Source of the DNA: an uncultured Oscillospiraceae bacterium
GTDB taxonomy: Bacteria > Bacillota > Clostridia > Oscillospirales > Oscillospiraceae
Assembly (NCBI GenBank): GCA_947624585.1
Contig: CANQKZ010000001.1
Coordinates: 1-59,639, forward strand
DNA length: 59,639 bases
Reading direction: 5' to 3'
Shown here one piece after another: positions 37,330 to 47,013 of this stretch (position 1 is the first letter of the stretch; each line of letters begins with the position of its first letter). Below the pieces are notes generated by a model. It searched no databases. It was not told the DNA's origin and worked only from the letters and a program-made list of their open reading frames with translations. The position numbers and the translations under genes are program-made.

Positions 37330-37790
37330 GGGCATTTCGGCGCTTCGCGCTGCCTCTCCCCACGGGGAGTTTAGGGGCGGGGCGGTGGAGCGGGCAGTCA
37401 CTCTTGGCGGCCCGCGTTGCGGGTTTCGGATTGCCTCCGATAAACGCCGTAGGGGCCGCCGCCCACGGCGGCCCGTATCTCCGATAACCGCCATTTCCCG
37501 TTTTATCGGGACCTTTCCCGTCGCGCCATGTATCACGGGCGGGCACATAGGCCCGCCCCTACAGGGGGATGGGAAAGGTTATCCCATTCAACCGACATCG
37601 GAGGATTTCGAAACGCGGGCCGCCGTGGGCGGCGGCCCCTACGGCGTTGTTCGAGCGGGTCAATGGCCGATGAGCGGGCCGCCCGGCTGCGCCCGCAGGC
37701 GCGTTTCACAGCGCAACCGCCGCAACGCGGTGGCTCTTAGCGCGGAGATGCGGCCCCTGCTACGGTTTTTGAGGGAAGAAAGCAAGAAAA
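37330..37790. repeat. Hairpin array R8 containing a 33-bp perfect inverted repeat
   Basis: AACGCCGTAGGGGCCGCCGCCCACGGCGGCCCG at 37443-37475 has its exact reverse complement at 37616-37648. A-, F- and I-type units flank it. Confidence 0.85.
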
Positions 37791-37815
37791 TATTTGGAAA
37801 TGGGGGTGAGAGAGG

Positions 37816-38601
37816 GTGTTTGAAGGGTATGAGTTTACGTTTGCCGGGAGGTCGTGCAGGGAGTTTGGGCTGATGCTGTACGACATTGACGGCAGGGGGC
37901 AGGAGGATGTGGCCTTCGGGAACAAGGGGAGCATTGTGGAGACAAGGACGAACCGGAGAGTGAAGCCTATCCACTTCGGCGTTTCGTATCACCGGGAGCC
38001 GCTTCAATTCAAGCTGGTCTTTGGGGCGGAGAGACCCCTGGACAGGTTTGAAATGGAGGAGGTTGCCCTGTGGCTGACGGGGCGCCAGGAATATCAGTGG
38101 CTCACCGTGGAGCAACCGGACATGGAGGAGGTGCAGTACAGGTGCCTCATCACCAGCCTCACGCCCATTTCGGTGGGGTGGCTGCCCTATGCCTTTGAGG
38201 CGGAGGTCACGTGCGACTGCCCCTATGCCTACGGGCCGCCTGTGGAGGAGAGCTTTCAGATCCGGGGAGAGACGAGGCTTCTGATACGGGACGGCGGGTC
38301 GGTATGGGAGACCGTAAGGCCGGCGATGGTCTTTGTGCCGGAGAGCGGAACGGAGAGCCTGAGCATCGTCAATGAGGACGACGGAGGGCGGGAGTTCCGG
38401 CTGGACGGTATCCCGGCGGGAGCGCGGGTGGCGGTGGACGGCGACAGCGGGATCATCGAGGACACCGCCGGCGGGGCAAATCTGTACGGGGGCTTCAATC
38501 TGAGCTTTCTCCGCCTTGTCCACGGGGACAATCACCTGACGGTGCGTGGAGACGGGGCGCTCACGCTGTCCTGGAGGCCCTACCGGAACACGGCCGGTTG
38601 A
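37816..38601 (+). CDS. Distal tail protein (Dit)
   Basis: 261 aa, immediately after the TMP gene. The N-terminus FEGYEFTFAGRSCREFGLMLYDIDG is typical of the siphovirus tail family. Confidence 0.75.
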   Translation: MFEGYEFTFAGRSCREFGLMLYDIDGRGQEDVAFGNKGSIVETRTNRRVKPIHFGVSYHREPLQFKLVFGAERPLDRFEMEEVALWLTGRQEYQWLTVEQPDMEEVQYRCLITSLTPISVGWLPYAFEAEVTCDCPYAYGPPVEESFQIRGETRLLIRDGGSVWETVRPAMVFVPESGTESLSIVNEDDGGREFRLDGIPAGARVAVDGDSGIIEDTAGGANLYGGFNLSFLRLVHGDNHLTVRGDGALTLSWRPYRNTAG

Positions 38602-38624
38602 TAACGGGCGACAAGGAGGGATAA

Positions 38625-41600
38625 ATGGTTCTGGATTACGCGAAGCTGACGCTGGACAAGGACGGGAACCCGGAGGAGCCGGCGCTTGTCCTGAAGACCA
38701 TGGGGGAGGAGACGATCGGCGTGATCCCCGGGGTCAGCGGCCTCAAGCTTCACATTAAGTTTTCGGAGCCGAGCGTCATGACCTTTGACGTGGCGGCGGT
38801 AATCGACGGGAAGCCGAACTGGATATACAGCCTGCTCACGGGGTATAAGCTCATCTACACAAAGGGTTACGGCATCTATGTGACGGTGAACCCGGAGAGG
38901 GAGTCCGACGGCGTCCTGGACGTGAAGCACATCGAGGCGTACTCCATCGAGTACGTTTTGAATACAAAGAAGTTTTTTATCGAGGAGGGGACGTTTCGGT
39001 TTTACGACCAGACGAACCCCAAAAACCCGGACACGGTGGTGGGAAGACTGCTGGAGGCGGCCGCCGGCTGGGGCGTTGGGTATGTGTCCCCGTCCCTGGC
39101 GCAGAGGTACAGGACCTTTGACCGGTACGACGATTTTTTACTGCCCTTTATGTACGGGACGGCCAAGGAGAAGTATCGGTGCGTCTTTGTCTTCGACCCG
39201 TATAAGAGGACGTTCAGCGCCTATGACGCGGACGAGGCGGTGAGGCCGCTGCCGATCTATCTGGATTTTGACAACCTGGTCACGCAGCTTTCCGTGGAGG
39301 AGCTGAGCGACGAGCTGGTGACGGCGCTGCGGCCCTACGGGGCGGACGAGCTGGACATCCGGGCGGTGAACCCAATCGGGACGAACTGGCTCTATGATCT
39401 GAGCTTTTTTATCTCCGAGGGAGATATTGCCGGGGCGCTGGCGGAGAAGTGGACGGCGTGGCAAAGGAGCATCCGGAACAACCGGGAGTATTATAAGGGA
39501 CTCACGGCGCTGCGGGCCTCCGCCACGGCAAGGCTTTTGGCGGCAAAGGCGGCGCTGACGGACCTCAAGGGGGAGCTTGACAGCCTGCGCGGACAGCAGA
39601 GCGTCACCATCCAGGCCCTCGCCCTGGAGACTACGGAGGATGGAAGGGCCTATCAACAGAGGCTTCTTGACGAGCTGAACCGGCAGATCCGGGAAAAGGA
39701 GACGGAATATAATGAGCAGCAGGAGGCCATCCGCGAGCTTGAGGCGCTTTTGGACCCGGAGGAGCCGGATTCCTACGCGGCGCGGATCGTGAAGCTCACG
39801 GGGGAGCTGGCCTTCGAGGCTTATTTTACCAAAGACGAGCAGGAGAAGCTCTCCAAATTCTTTATCGAGCAGGACTTGACAGACGAGACCTTCGTAGCCA
39901 CGGACGTGGACACCGCCGTCTCCGGCGCCTCCTACGCGCTGGAGGGCGGGTCGGTGGCGGCGGAGGGGTCGCGCATGACCAGGGTGGAGCTTGCGGAGTA
40001 CGGAAAGAGGATGTACACCATGGCCGGCGGGACCATAAGTCTTCAAGGCGGGACCGCGCTTACGGGAGACATCATCCGGGGAACGCTGGAGGCCGGCGAG
40101 GACGGGACATTCGTGCTCAGCGCCTACGCCGGGACCATCCGGGCGGGGGAGAGTACGGCCCAAAGCGGGATGATCACCGTCTCCGGCAGGCTCTCCGGCT
40201 TTGAGGACGACATCGGGCCTGTGACGGAGGAGGGCATTACGACCTACGAGGGGACGAGGCTGAACTTTTCCGTCTCGGAGGGGTCTTTATACCTCACCGC
40301 CAACGTGAGCGATTATCAGAAGTACAGCGTCCAGACGGAGCTTTTGGAGTTTGCCGAGGACGCCCTGAGGGAGGCGGCCACGCCTACCTACGAATTCAGC
40401 GTGGATTCCGGGAACTTTATCTTCGCCAAGGAGTTCGCCCCCTTCCGGGACAAGCTGGAGCTGGGGCGAGGCGTCTATCTGAACGTGGGGGACAGGAGAG
40501 TCATTACCCCGTATATCATCGAGTTTGAGCTGGATTTTGAGGACAGGAGCGCCTTTTCGCTGGTCTTCTCCAATAGGTTCAAGCGGTACGATAACGTCAA
40601 TACCCTGCGGGACATGGTGGAGAAGAGCTATTCCTACAGCAGGAGCTTCGACGCCAGCCGCCATATCTATAACAAGACCGCGGGACAGGCCTCGGCGGTG
40701 TCGGACTTTATGGCGGGGTCCCTGGACGCGGCGAGGAACACCATCATCGGGGCGTCCAACCAAAGCGTCGTCATTGACGGGGCGGGTATTCAGGTGGGGG
40801 GAGACTCCAGATACCAGCTCCGGGTAGTGGATAAAATGATCGCCATGACGGATGACGGCTGGGACACGGCAAAGCTGGCGATAGGGCTTTTCGCCGCCCC
40901 GGAGGTGGGGGAATACTGGGGCGTGAACGCGGACGTGGTCGGCGGCAGGCTCTTGATAGGCAATAACCTTATCCTGGAAAATCCCCTGGTGGACGAGCAC
41001 AACAACCCCACGGGCGTCATGCAGTTCAAGGTAGACAGCACGGGAGCGTGGCTCAACAACGCCACGTTCCTTTTGCAGAAGGACGGCGGAGGTAAGCTGC
41101 TCCTGGACCCCCGGTACGGCATTGTGGCCGGGACCGGGGATATCTATTCCACAAATGGGACGACGGTGACGCCGAGCTTTGTGGACGAGCAGGGTTACCC
41201 CGTTTTGGATGACGACGGGATGCCGAAAAACGCCAACTTCTACCTGGACCTGCGGGACGGCAGCGCGTATTTCCGCGGGAGCGGCGCCTTTAAGGGCATC
41301 GTCAGGGCGAGGGACTTCATCTCGGATCTGACGGGGGAGTCCATGTTCAACGGGTCCGGACAGCTCAAGGAGGGCTACCTGGAGCTCACGGACGTGAACG
41401 GGCGTATCACCTCCGTCGAGGTAGACGCCGGCAAGATCTCCGCCAGGGTGGAGGAGGTGGCGGCGAAGGCGTCGGAGGATCTGTCTAAATTTACGACCGA
41501 GATGCTCTCTTTGACGGGGAACCTCCAGGCACAGATCGACGGACAGGTGGAGACGCACTACTACGACTACGAGCCGTCGCTCTTTAACGCGCCGGCCTCC

Positions 41601-42980
41601 GGCTGGACGACGGAGGAGGAGCGACAGAAGCACGAGGGCGACCTCTTCTTCGACAGGGGCACAGGGTATGCCTACCGGTTCTTAAAGGAAAACGGCAAAT
41701 GGAAATGGCAGATGATCCAGGACACCGACATCACCAAGGCCATCAAGGCGGCCGCGGCGGCTCAGGACACGGCGGACCACAAACGGCGGGTCTTCACCGC
41801 CACGCCTACGCCGCCCTATGACGTGGGTGACCTGTGGGCGCAGGGCCCCGACGGGGAGCTGATGCGGTGCAGGACGGCGCGGTCCGGCGGGAGCTTTGTG
41901 GAGAGCGACTGGGAGAAGGCCGGAAAGTATACGGACGACAGCGCGCTCAACACATTTTTGATCGGCCAGTATAAGACGGACCTGGACGGCATCAGGACGC
42001 AGGCGGACCAGAAGGCCGAGACGTGGTATCAGGACGCAGACCCCTCTACGGCGTGGACAAGCGCGGAGGCGAAGGCGGAGCACAAGGGAGATATGTGGTA
42101 CTGCACCGGCTCCGGCGATACCACGCACTACCAGAAGTTCTGGCGGTGGAGCGGGAGCGGGTGGCAGGAGACGACGAGCACCCCGCCGGAGGAGGTCTTC
42201 GACAGCATCGACGGCAAGGCGCAAATATTCATTTCACAGCCGAAGCCGCCCTATCGGCAGGGGGATTTGTGGTTCAACTCCGACACCTCGGATATTTTGA
42301 CGTGCGTGCAGGAAAGACTGAGCGGAGATTACGCCGCCGGGGACTGGGAGAAGCGGAACAAATATACCGACGACACCTACGCCGCGAATAAGTATTCCGA
42401 GCTTGACCTGAGGATAAACAGCATCAAGCTTGAGGTAGCCAACGGAGATACAAAATCCTCTCTGACGCTGAAGGCCGGCGAGACAGTCCTGTCAAGCGCG
42501 GATATAACTCTCGATGGCGTCGTGACCTTCGAGGGGCTCAGAAGCGGGACGACTGTTATTGACGGCGGATGGATAAGCACGGAGAACCTTAACCTCACCG
42601 GGAAAATCACGTGGGGGGACCTCAATTCCACAGTGCAGAGCAACATTAACAACCGTGGCGTGTCGGCGGCTACGGTCCACACGCTGATTGAGCAGGATTT
42701 GGTGGCCTCGCCGAAGATCAAAGGCGGAGAATTTTGGGATCTCAATGACACCGGAAGGCTTACTTTGAGCACATCTTTTAGCGGGAATACACCTATCCCG
42801 CACTTAAAGTTTACAAGGGCAGACGGTCGTACACTTTTTAGCGTATATGACGGGGATTTAGGTACGGCAATCAGCGGTTCTAACAATAATTTTTCAATGA
42901 TTATTGGAGAGTCGGCAACACAGGCACGTGGCACATGGGATTTTTCCATGGCCACCGTCACCGGCCTGCGGATTGCGTGA
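38625..42980 (+). CDS. Tail-associated lysin-type tip protein (Tal), 1451 aa
   Basis: Large ORF after Dit with an N-terminal gp27-like region, a central coiled coil and a C-terminal beta-rich extension. Confidence 0.8.
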   Translation: MVLDYAKLTLDKDGNPEEPALVLKTMGEETIGVIPGVSGLKLHIKFSEPSVMTFDVAAVIDGKPNWIYSLLTGYKLIYTKGYGIYVTVNPERESDGVLDVKHIEAYSIEYVLNTKKFFIEEGTFRFYDQTNPKNPDTVVGRLLEAAAGWGVGYVSPSLAQRYRTFDRYDDFLLPFMYGTAKEKYRCVFVFDPYKRTFSAYDADEAVRPLPIYLDFDNLVTQLSVEELSDELVTALRPYGADELDIRAVNPIGTNWLYDLSFFISEGDIAGALAEKWTAWQRSIRNNREYYKGLTALRASATARLLAAKAALTDLKGELDSLRGQQSVTIQALALETTEDGRAYQQRLLDELNRQIREKETEYNEQQEAIRELEALLDPEEPDSYAARIVKLTGELAFEAYFTKDEQEKLSKFFIEQDLTDETFVATDVDTAVSGASYALEGGSVAAEGSRMTRVELAEYGKRMYTMAGGTISLQGGTALTGDIIRGTLEAGEDGTFVLSAYAGTIRAGESTAQSGMITVSGRLSGFEDDIGPVTEEGITTYEGTRLNFSVSEGSLYLTANVSDYQKYSVQTELLEFAEDALREAATPTYEFSVDSGNFIFAKEFAPFRDKLELGRGVYLNVGDRRVITPYIIEFELDFEDRSAFSLVFSNRFKRYDNVNTLRDMVEKSYSYSRSFDASRHIYNKTAGQASAVSDFMAGSLDAARNTIIGASNQSVVIDGAGIQVGGDSRYQLRVVDKMIAMTDDGWDTAKLAIGLFAAPEVGEYWGVNADVVGGRLLIGNNLILENPLVDEHNNPTGVMQFKVDSTGAWLNNATFLLQKDGGGKLLLDPRYGIVAGTGDIYSTNGTTVTPSFVDEQGYPVLDDDGMPKNANFYLDLRDGSAYFRGSGAFKGIVRARDFISDLTGESMFNGSGQLKEGYLELTDVNGRITSVEVDAGKISARVEEVAAKASEDLSKFTTEMLSLTGNLQAQIDGQVETHYYDYEPSLFNAPASGWTTEEERQKHEGDLFFDRGTGYAYRFLKENGKWKWQMIQDTDITKAIKAAAAAQDTADHKRRVFTATPTPPYDVGDLWAQGPDGELMRCRTARSGGSFVESDWEKAGKYTDDSALNTFLIGQYKTDLDGIRTQADQKAETWYQDADPSTAWTSAEAKAEHKGDMWYCTGSGDTTHYQKFWRWSGSGWQETTSTPPEEVFDSIDGKAQIFISQPKPPYRQGDLWFNSDTSDILTCVQERLSGDYAAGDWEKRNKYTDDTYAANKYSELDLRINSIKLEVANGDTKSSLTLKAGETVLSSADITLDGVVTFEGLRSGTTVIDGGWISTENLNLTGKITWGDLNSTVQSNINNRGVSAATVHTLIEQDLVASPKIKGGEFWDLNDTGRLTLSTSFSGNTPIPHLKFTRADGRTLFSVYDGDLGTAISGSNNNFSMIIGESATQARGTWDFSMATVTGLRIA

Positions 42981-42988
42981 GGTGAGAC

Positions 42989-43573
42989 ATGGCAAGCTTT
43001 TCTTTGAGCCAAAACGCGGCGGGCACCGTCCTTTACTGGACTGTCAGCGGGATTCAGGCGGGGGACCTTGTGGTCTTTCACATCCGCTATGAGCCCAACG
43101 ACAACAACGCCCATTACAGGCGGTTCCCCGCTGACGGCACCTATACGGCTTCCGGTACGACCTACGACTTCAACTGCCCCATCGAGCCGGGGCAACATTA
43201 CGCCTGCACCGTCAACATCAATCTCGCGGGCACCAACCTTCCGCTCCAGTACATCACGGCCAACGGCTCGCCGGGGCGGCCAAGCAACTGGACATGGCCG
43301 ACGACGATATATTCCGGCGCGCCCTATGAGAACCTGACGGCGGCGATATGGAGCAGCTTTGAGAGCCGCATCAACGAGTTTCGGCGGTACAAGGGCGGGA
43401 GCAATTACGGATTCACCGCGCCGGTGAGCGGCGTGACGCTTTTGAATACGTGCTTTTCCGAGGCGGAGGCGGCTATCAGCGGCATATCCGGGCATGGGAC
43501 GGTGCCGGCGGTAAGGGAGCTGTCTATGGCGTACTTATCCGGGCTGGCGGACGCGTTGAACGTGGTGACGTAG
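42989..43573 (+). CDS. Hypothetical tail/baseplate protein
   Basis: 194 aa, with RBS GGTGAG upstream of the ATG. Confidence 0.55.
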   Translation: MASFSLSQNAAGTVLYWTVSGIQAGDLVVFHIRYEPNDNNAHYRRFPADGTYTASGTTYDFNCPIEPGQHYACTVNINLAGTNLPLQYITANGSPGRPSNWTWPTTIYSGAPYENLTAAIWSSFESRINEFRRYKGGSNYGFTAPVSGVTLLNTCFSEAEAAISGISGHGTVPAVRELSMAYLSGLADALNVVT

Positions 43574-44225
43574 GAGGGAGTTTCTGAGTGGTTCGATAGT
43601 CGTCCCCACCCTGCCCATCGCTTCGCTCGGGATCGTCGTCGCTGATGCCGCTTTGCTTCGCCCTCCCGTTGGTCGGGCTCAGGTGCTGGCATCGCTCATC
43701 TCCGGCCTAAGAGCCGCCGCTACGCGGCGGTTGGCCTCGTGATGCGCGCCTGCGGGCGCAGTCCTCTCCCCAGCGGGCAACAGCCCGCCGGGGACCCCGG
43801 AGGGAGGGGCTTTAAGGTGCGCGGTTTGTCGGGAATGCTCTGTCATCCCACGCTCGCTTCCCCCCTGCCCCCCTCCTGCGGGGAGGGCTCTAAGACGGGG
43901 CGGGTGCGTTTTATCGGAACCATTCCGTCAACGCATCCTCTTTTGCCCCTCCTAGGTCGGGGTGGCGCGAAGCGCCGGGGTGGTTCCGTCTATCGGACCG
44001 CGCAAATAATCGCACTCACCCCCCGTCTTAGAGCCCTCCCCGCAGGGCGGGGAGGGGGAGGGGTGAGGTGGGAGCCGAAGGGCTTTGAGTGGCTGCGGTG
44101 AACGCACGCACCTCATCCGGCGCCTGCGGGCGCCACCTCATCTCCGCGCTAAGCGCCGCCCTTCGGGCGGTTGCGCTGTGATGCGCGCCTGCGGGCGCAG
44201 CCCTGAAGGGGAGGCTAAGGGGCAT
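43574..44225. repeat. Hairpin array R9 containing a 22-bp perfect inverted repeat around an inverted D unit
   Basis: CGGGGAGGGCTCTAAGACGGGG at 43879-43900 has its reverse complement at 44021-44042. An inverted D unit lies at 43945-43987. E- and I-type units are present, and a segment is shared with 49640-49757. Confidence 0.85.
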
Positions 44226-44257
44226 ACGACATATTTGGGAGAATGAAAGGAGAACAT

Positions 44258-44455
44258 ATGAAGGAAGAGATCATGCGCAGGCTGGGGACGGTGCTGACGG
44301 CGCTGAACAGCATTTATGTAAGCGGGAAGGGAAATTTGGCCAACCTGGCGAACAGCATTTTTATTCTGGAGGACACCGAAAAGATCCTGGAGAAGATGAA
44401 TATCACAGCGGCGCAGGCGCCCCAAGAGGGCGCGGAGGAGCAGAAGCATGAATGA
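44258..44455 (+). CDS. Small hypothetical protein
   Basis: 65 aa, with ATG 44258 after AAAGGAG. Confidence 0.5.
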   Translation: MKEEIMRRLGTVLTALNSIYVSGKGNLANLANSIFILEDTEKILEKMNITAAQAPQEGAEEQKHE

Positions 44456-44828
44456 GCGCGGCGCGAGGGTGCTGCCGGAGATCGAATTTGTGGGGGGCGG
44501 GGCGCAGGAGTATCTGTTCCACTCCTACTTTTCCCCGAACGGCAGGCCCTTTGACCTGGAGGGGTGTACGGCGAGCTTCGCGGTGACGTCGGTTTTGAAC
44601 CGGTACGGCGAGCCGGTCATCTCCAAGGCCATGACGGTGGTGGAGGGAGACGGCCAGACGAACCTTTTGAGGGTGGTGCTGGAGCCGGAGGACACCGTGG
44701 GGCTGGCGGGGAAATATCTTTACCAGATCACCGTCCGGGGCGAGGATGGGAAGACGGACCCGCCGGCCCAGGGTGAGATGGTTATACACAACAACATTGA
44801 TAAGCGGTTCGTGATGGGGCGGGCGTAA
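44448..44828 (+). CDS. Hypothetical tail-accessory protein
   Basis: 126 aa. The start overlaps the upstream stop. The sequence looks beta-rich. Confidence 0.55.
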   Translation: MNERGARVLPEIEFVGGGAQEYLFHSYFSPNGRPFDLEGCTASFAVTSVLNRYGEPVISKAMTVVEGDGQTNLLRVVLEPEDTVGLAGKYLYQITVRGEDGKTDPPAQGEMVIHNNIDKRFVMGRA

Positions 44829-44895
44829 AAGAACATAGGTTTGTGAAACCACCCCTGCCGCTTCGCGGCTGCCCCGACCTAGGAGGGGCTTTATA
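44829..44895. repeat. Single D-type hairpin unit (R10)
   Basis: AAACCACCCCTGCCGCTTCGCGGCTGCCCCGACCTAGGAGGGGC, with inner stem GCCGC-TTC-GCGGC. Confidence 0.8.
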
Positions 44896-44914
44896 GGATA
44901 AGGAGGCGTGGGAT

Positions 44915-45340
44915 ATGAATACGACATACTGGCTCAATACCATAGCCGGGAATATTTTTAACGCGCAGACGGACCCGCCGCTGCCGAAGAAATTCTATTT
45001 TGGGGTGAGCAAGACCTACCCCAGTGAGGACCAAAGCAACGTCAGCGAGCCCGTAGGGGGAGGGTATCAGAGGGTGGAGCTCACCTCCCTGAAGCTGTCC
45101 GGCACCGGAGCCGTGGTCAACGGGGGGAGTATACAGATGCCGGAGAGCACACAAAGCTGGGGCGTGATGAACGCCTGGTGCGTGTTCGACTCCCCCAGCG
45201 GCGGGAAGCTTTTGGTCTACGACTACTTCCGGAATCCGGAGACGGACAAGCCGGAGACGAGGACGGTGGACCCGGGGACGGTGCTTCATCTGAAGCCGGA
45301 GACCGTCACCTTGTATGTGAAGAACGACAGGACGGAGTGA
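44915..45340 (+). CDS. Hypothetical tail-fibre-module protein
   Basis: 141 aa, with RBS AAGGAGG. Confidence 0.55.
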   Translation: MNTTYWLNTIAGNIFNAQTDPPLPKKFYFGVSKTYPSEDQSNVSEPVGGGYQRVELTSLKLSGTGAVVNGGSIQMPESTQSWGVMNAWCVFDSPSGGKLLVYDYFRNPETDKPETRTVDPGTVLHLKPETVTLYVKNDRTE

Positions 45341-45365
45341 CGGGCTCCGGTAAGGAAGGAGCTCT

Positions 45366-46076
45366 ATGAGGGAATGGAATATCACCCTGCCGTCAAGGCG
45401 GCGGGAGTTCGACATCGCCCTGCCGGGGAGATTGCGGGAAGCGAGGCTGTGGATCCATGAGCTGCCCTTCCGGGATCAGATCCGCGCGGCAGGGGCGCTT
45501 TTTGTCGGCGCCGCCGCGGCTGTTCTGCTGAGAAAAAGCGTCCGGGGAAAGGACGGAACCAGCACGGGCGGCAGGGCGGCCGCCCCTGGGAAGGCCGTCA
45601 GTGTCCGGCCGCAGGGGGAGCTCATCGCCGGCGGGCGTTCAACGGTCTCCGCGCGCAAGAAGACGGAGGCCTCCGGGGCAGCTTTGGCGGACGGAAGGGT
45701 CTTATCTGTCGAGAAGCGCGCGGCGGTACAGGGTGAGGACGGTGTCCTCATCGGAGGCGCCGCGGCCGCGCCGGGGAAGGGGCTTTCGGTCAAGGCCGCG
45801 GAGACGGTCAGGACCGGAGGCAAGGCCGAAGCGAAAAAGGATGTGGCGGTCCGCGCCTGTTCCTCCGCCGCCGTTGGCGGCAGGGCCGTAAGGCCGGTGC
45901 TGGAGGCGGATGTCCGGGCGCGCCTCAGGGAGGAGCTTTTTGCCGGCGGGAGGCTTGGCAAAGGGACGCAAATTCTGGCGCAAAGGCCCCTCCGGGAGGC
46001 AGACCCCATGACCTTGGGGGAGATGGACGGCATGAGCCTTGCCGAGCTGGACTATACCGTTTTGGAGGAATGGTGA
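45366..46076 (+). CDS. Hypothetical low-complexity protein
   Basis: 236 aa, with RBS GGAAGGAG. It has internal degenerate repeats (GGRAAAPGKAVSV / GGAAAAPGKGLSV), so coding status is less certain. Confidence 0.4.
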   Translation: MREWNITLPSRRREFDIALPGRLREARLWIHELPFRDQIRAAGALFVGAAAAVLLRKSVRGKDGTSTGGRAAAPGKAVSVRPQGELIAGGRSTVSARKKTEASGAALADGRVLSVEKRAAVQGEDGVLIGGAAAAPGKGLSVKAAETVRTGGKAEAKKDVAVRACSSAAVGGRAVRPVLEADVRARLREELFAGGRLGKGTQILAQRPLREADPMTLGEMDGMSLAELDYTVLEEW

Positions 46077-46101
46077 CGGCGGAAGATTTGGAGGAGACAA
46101 A

Positions 46102-46980
46102 GTGTACTACATAACATTGGACGAGAACATGAACCTCGTCACAACGGTGCTGGAGCCGGTATACAGAGGGGACAATCTGAGCCGGAAAATCACGTATCTC
46201 GTGCCGCTGAGGGTGGGGGAGATCGACATGATGACGGCCACGGCGTATTTGTGCTTTCTCCGGGCGGACGGGGAACCGGATGTGGTGATGCTGGAGCGGT
46301 CCGAGGAGGTATATAAGGAGACACATCTTCAATATACCCTGCCGGTCACCTGCAAGCTCACCAAATACGCCGGGGAGGTGGTCACCTGGATGCAGATCTA
46401 TGCGGGGCCGGCCTCCTGCCCAACGGTGGCCAAGAGCGGGGAGAACGTGATACGGGTCATGGAATCGAAGGACATGGACGCGTATCTGGGAGACTGGCGC
46501 TCGGATAAGGTGCTGACGGCGCTTTACCAAATGAAGACGCGCACAGACGAGAAGATCGCCGAGGAGGCGGACAGCCTGCGGGCGCTGGTGGCGGAAAAGG
46601 CGGACAACCTGGTCTTTGACCCGGAGGACAGCACGATCCAGCTCACCTCCGACGGGGAGCCGGTGGGGGATAAGATCTACGTGAACGCCATTCAGGGAAA
46701 GGTGGTGACCCAGGTGGCGCTGACCGTAGACGGAGAGATGATGGTCTTTTACGCGGACGGGACATACACGAACCTTGGGAAGGTGCAGGGGCAGGACGGG
46801 AAGGTGTATGTGCCACACGTGGATGAACGGAAGGTGCTGACGTTCACCATCGAGGATGAGGCCGGAGAGATCCCGGGGCCGGTGGATATGAATCCAAGCG
46901 ATGAGTGGAGCGAGATGGATTCCACCGGGACGGAGACGGATTATGTCTGGGAGCCGATGGGGAGCGGCGACCGGTCATAA
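46102..46980 (+). CDS. Baseplate upper protein-like (BppU-type N-terminus) candidate
   Basis: GTG 46102 after GGAGGAG. The call rests on the N-terminal beta-domain-like sequence and on position. Confidence 0.5.
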   Translation: MYYITLDENMNLVTTVLEPVYRGDNLSRKITYLVPLRVGEIDMMTATAYLCFLRADGEPDVVMLERSEEVYKETHLQYTLPVTCKLTKYAGEVVTWMQIYAGPASCPTVAKSGENVIRVMESKDMDAYLGDWRSDKVLTALYQMKTRTDEKIAEEADSLRALVAEKADNLVFDPEDSTIQLTSDGEPVGDKIYVNAIQGKVVTQVALTVDGEMMVFYADGTYTNLGKVQGQDGKVYVPHVDERKVLTFTIEDEAGEIPGPVDMNPSDEWSEMDSTGTETDYVWEPMGSGDRS

Positions 46981-47013
46981 ATTATAAAACAGATGATTTG
47001 GAAGGAGGGAAAG

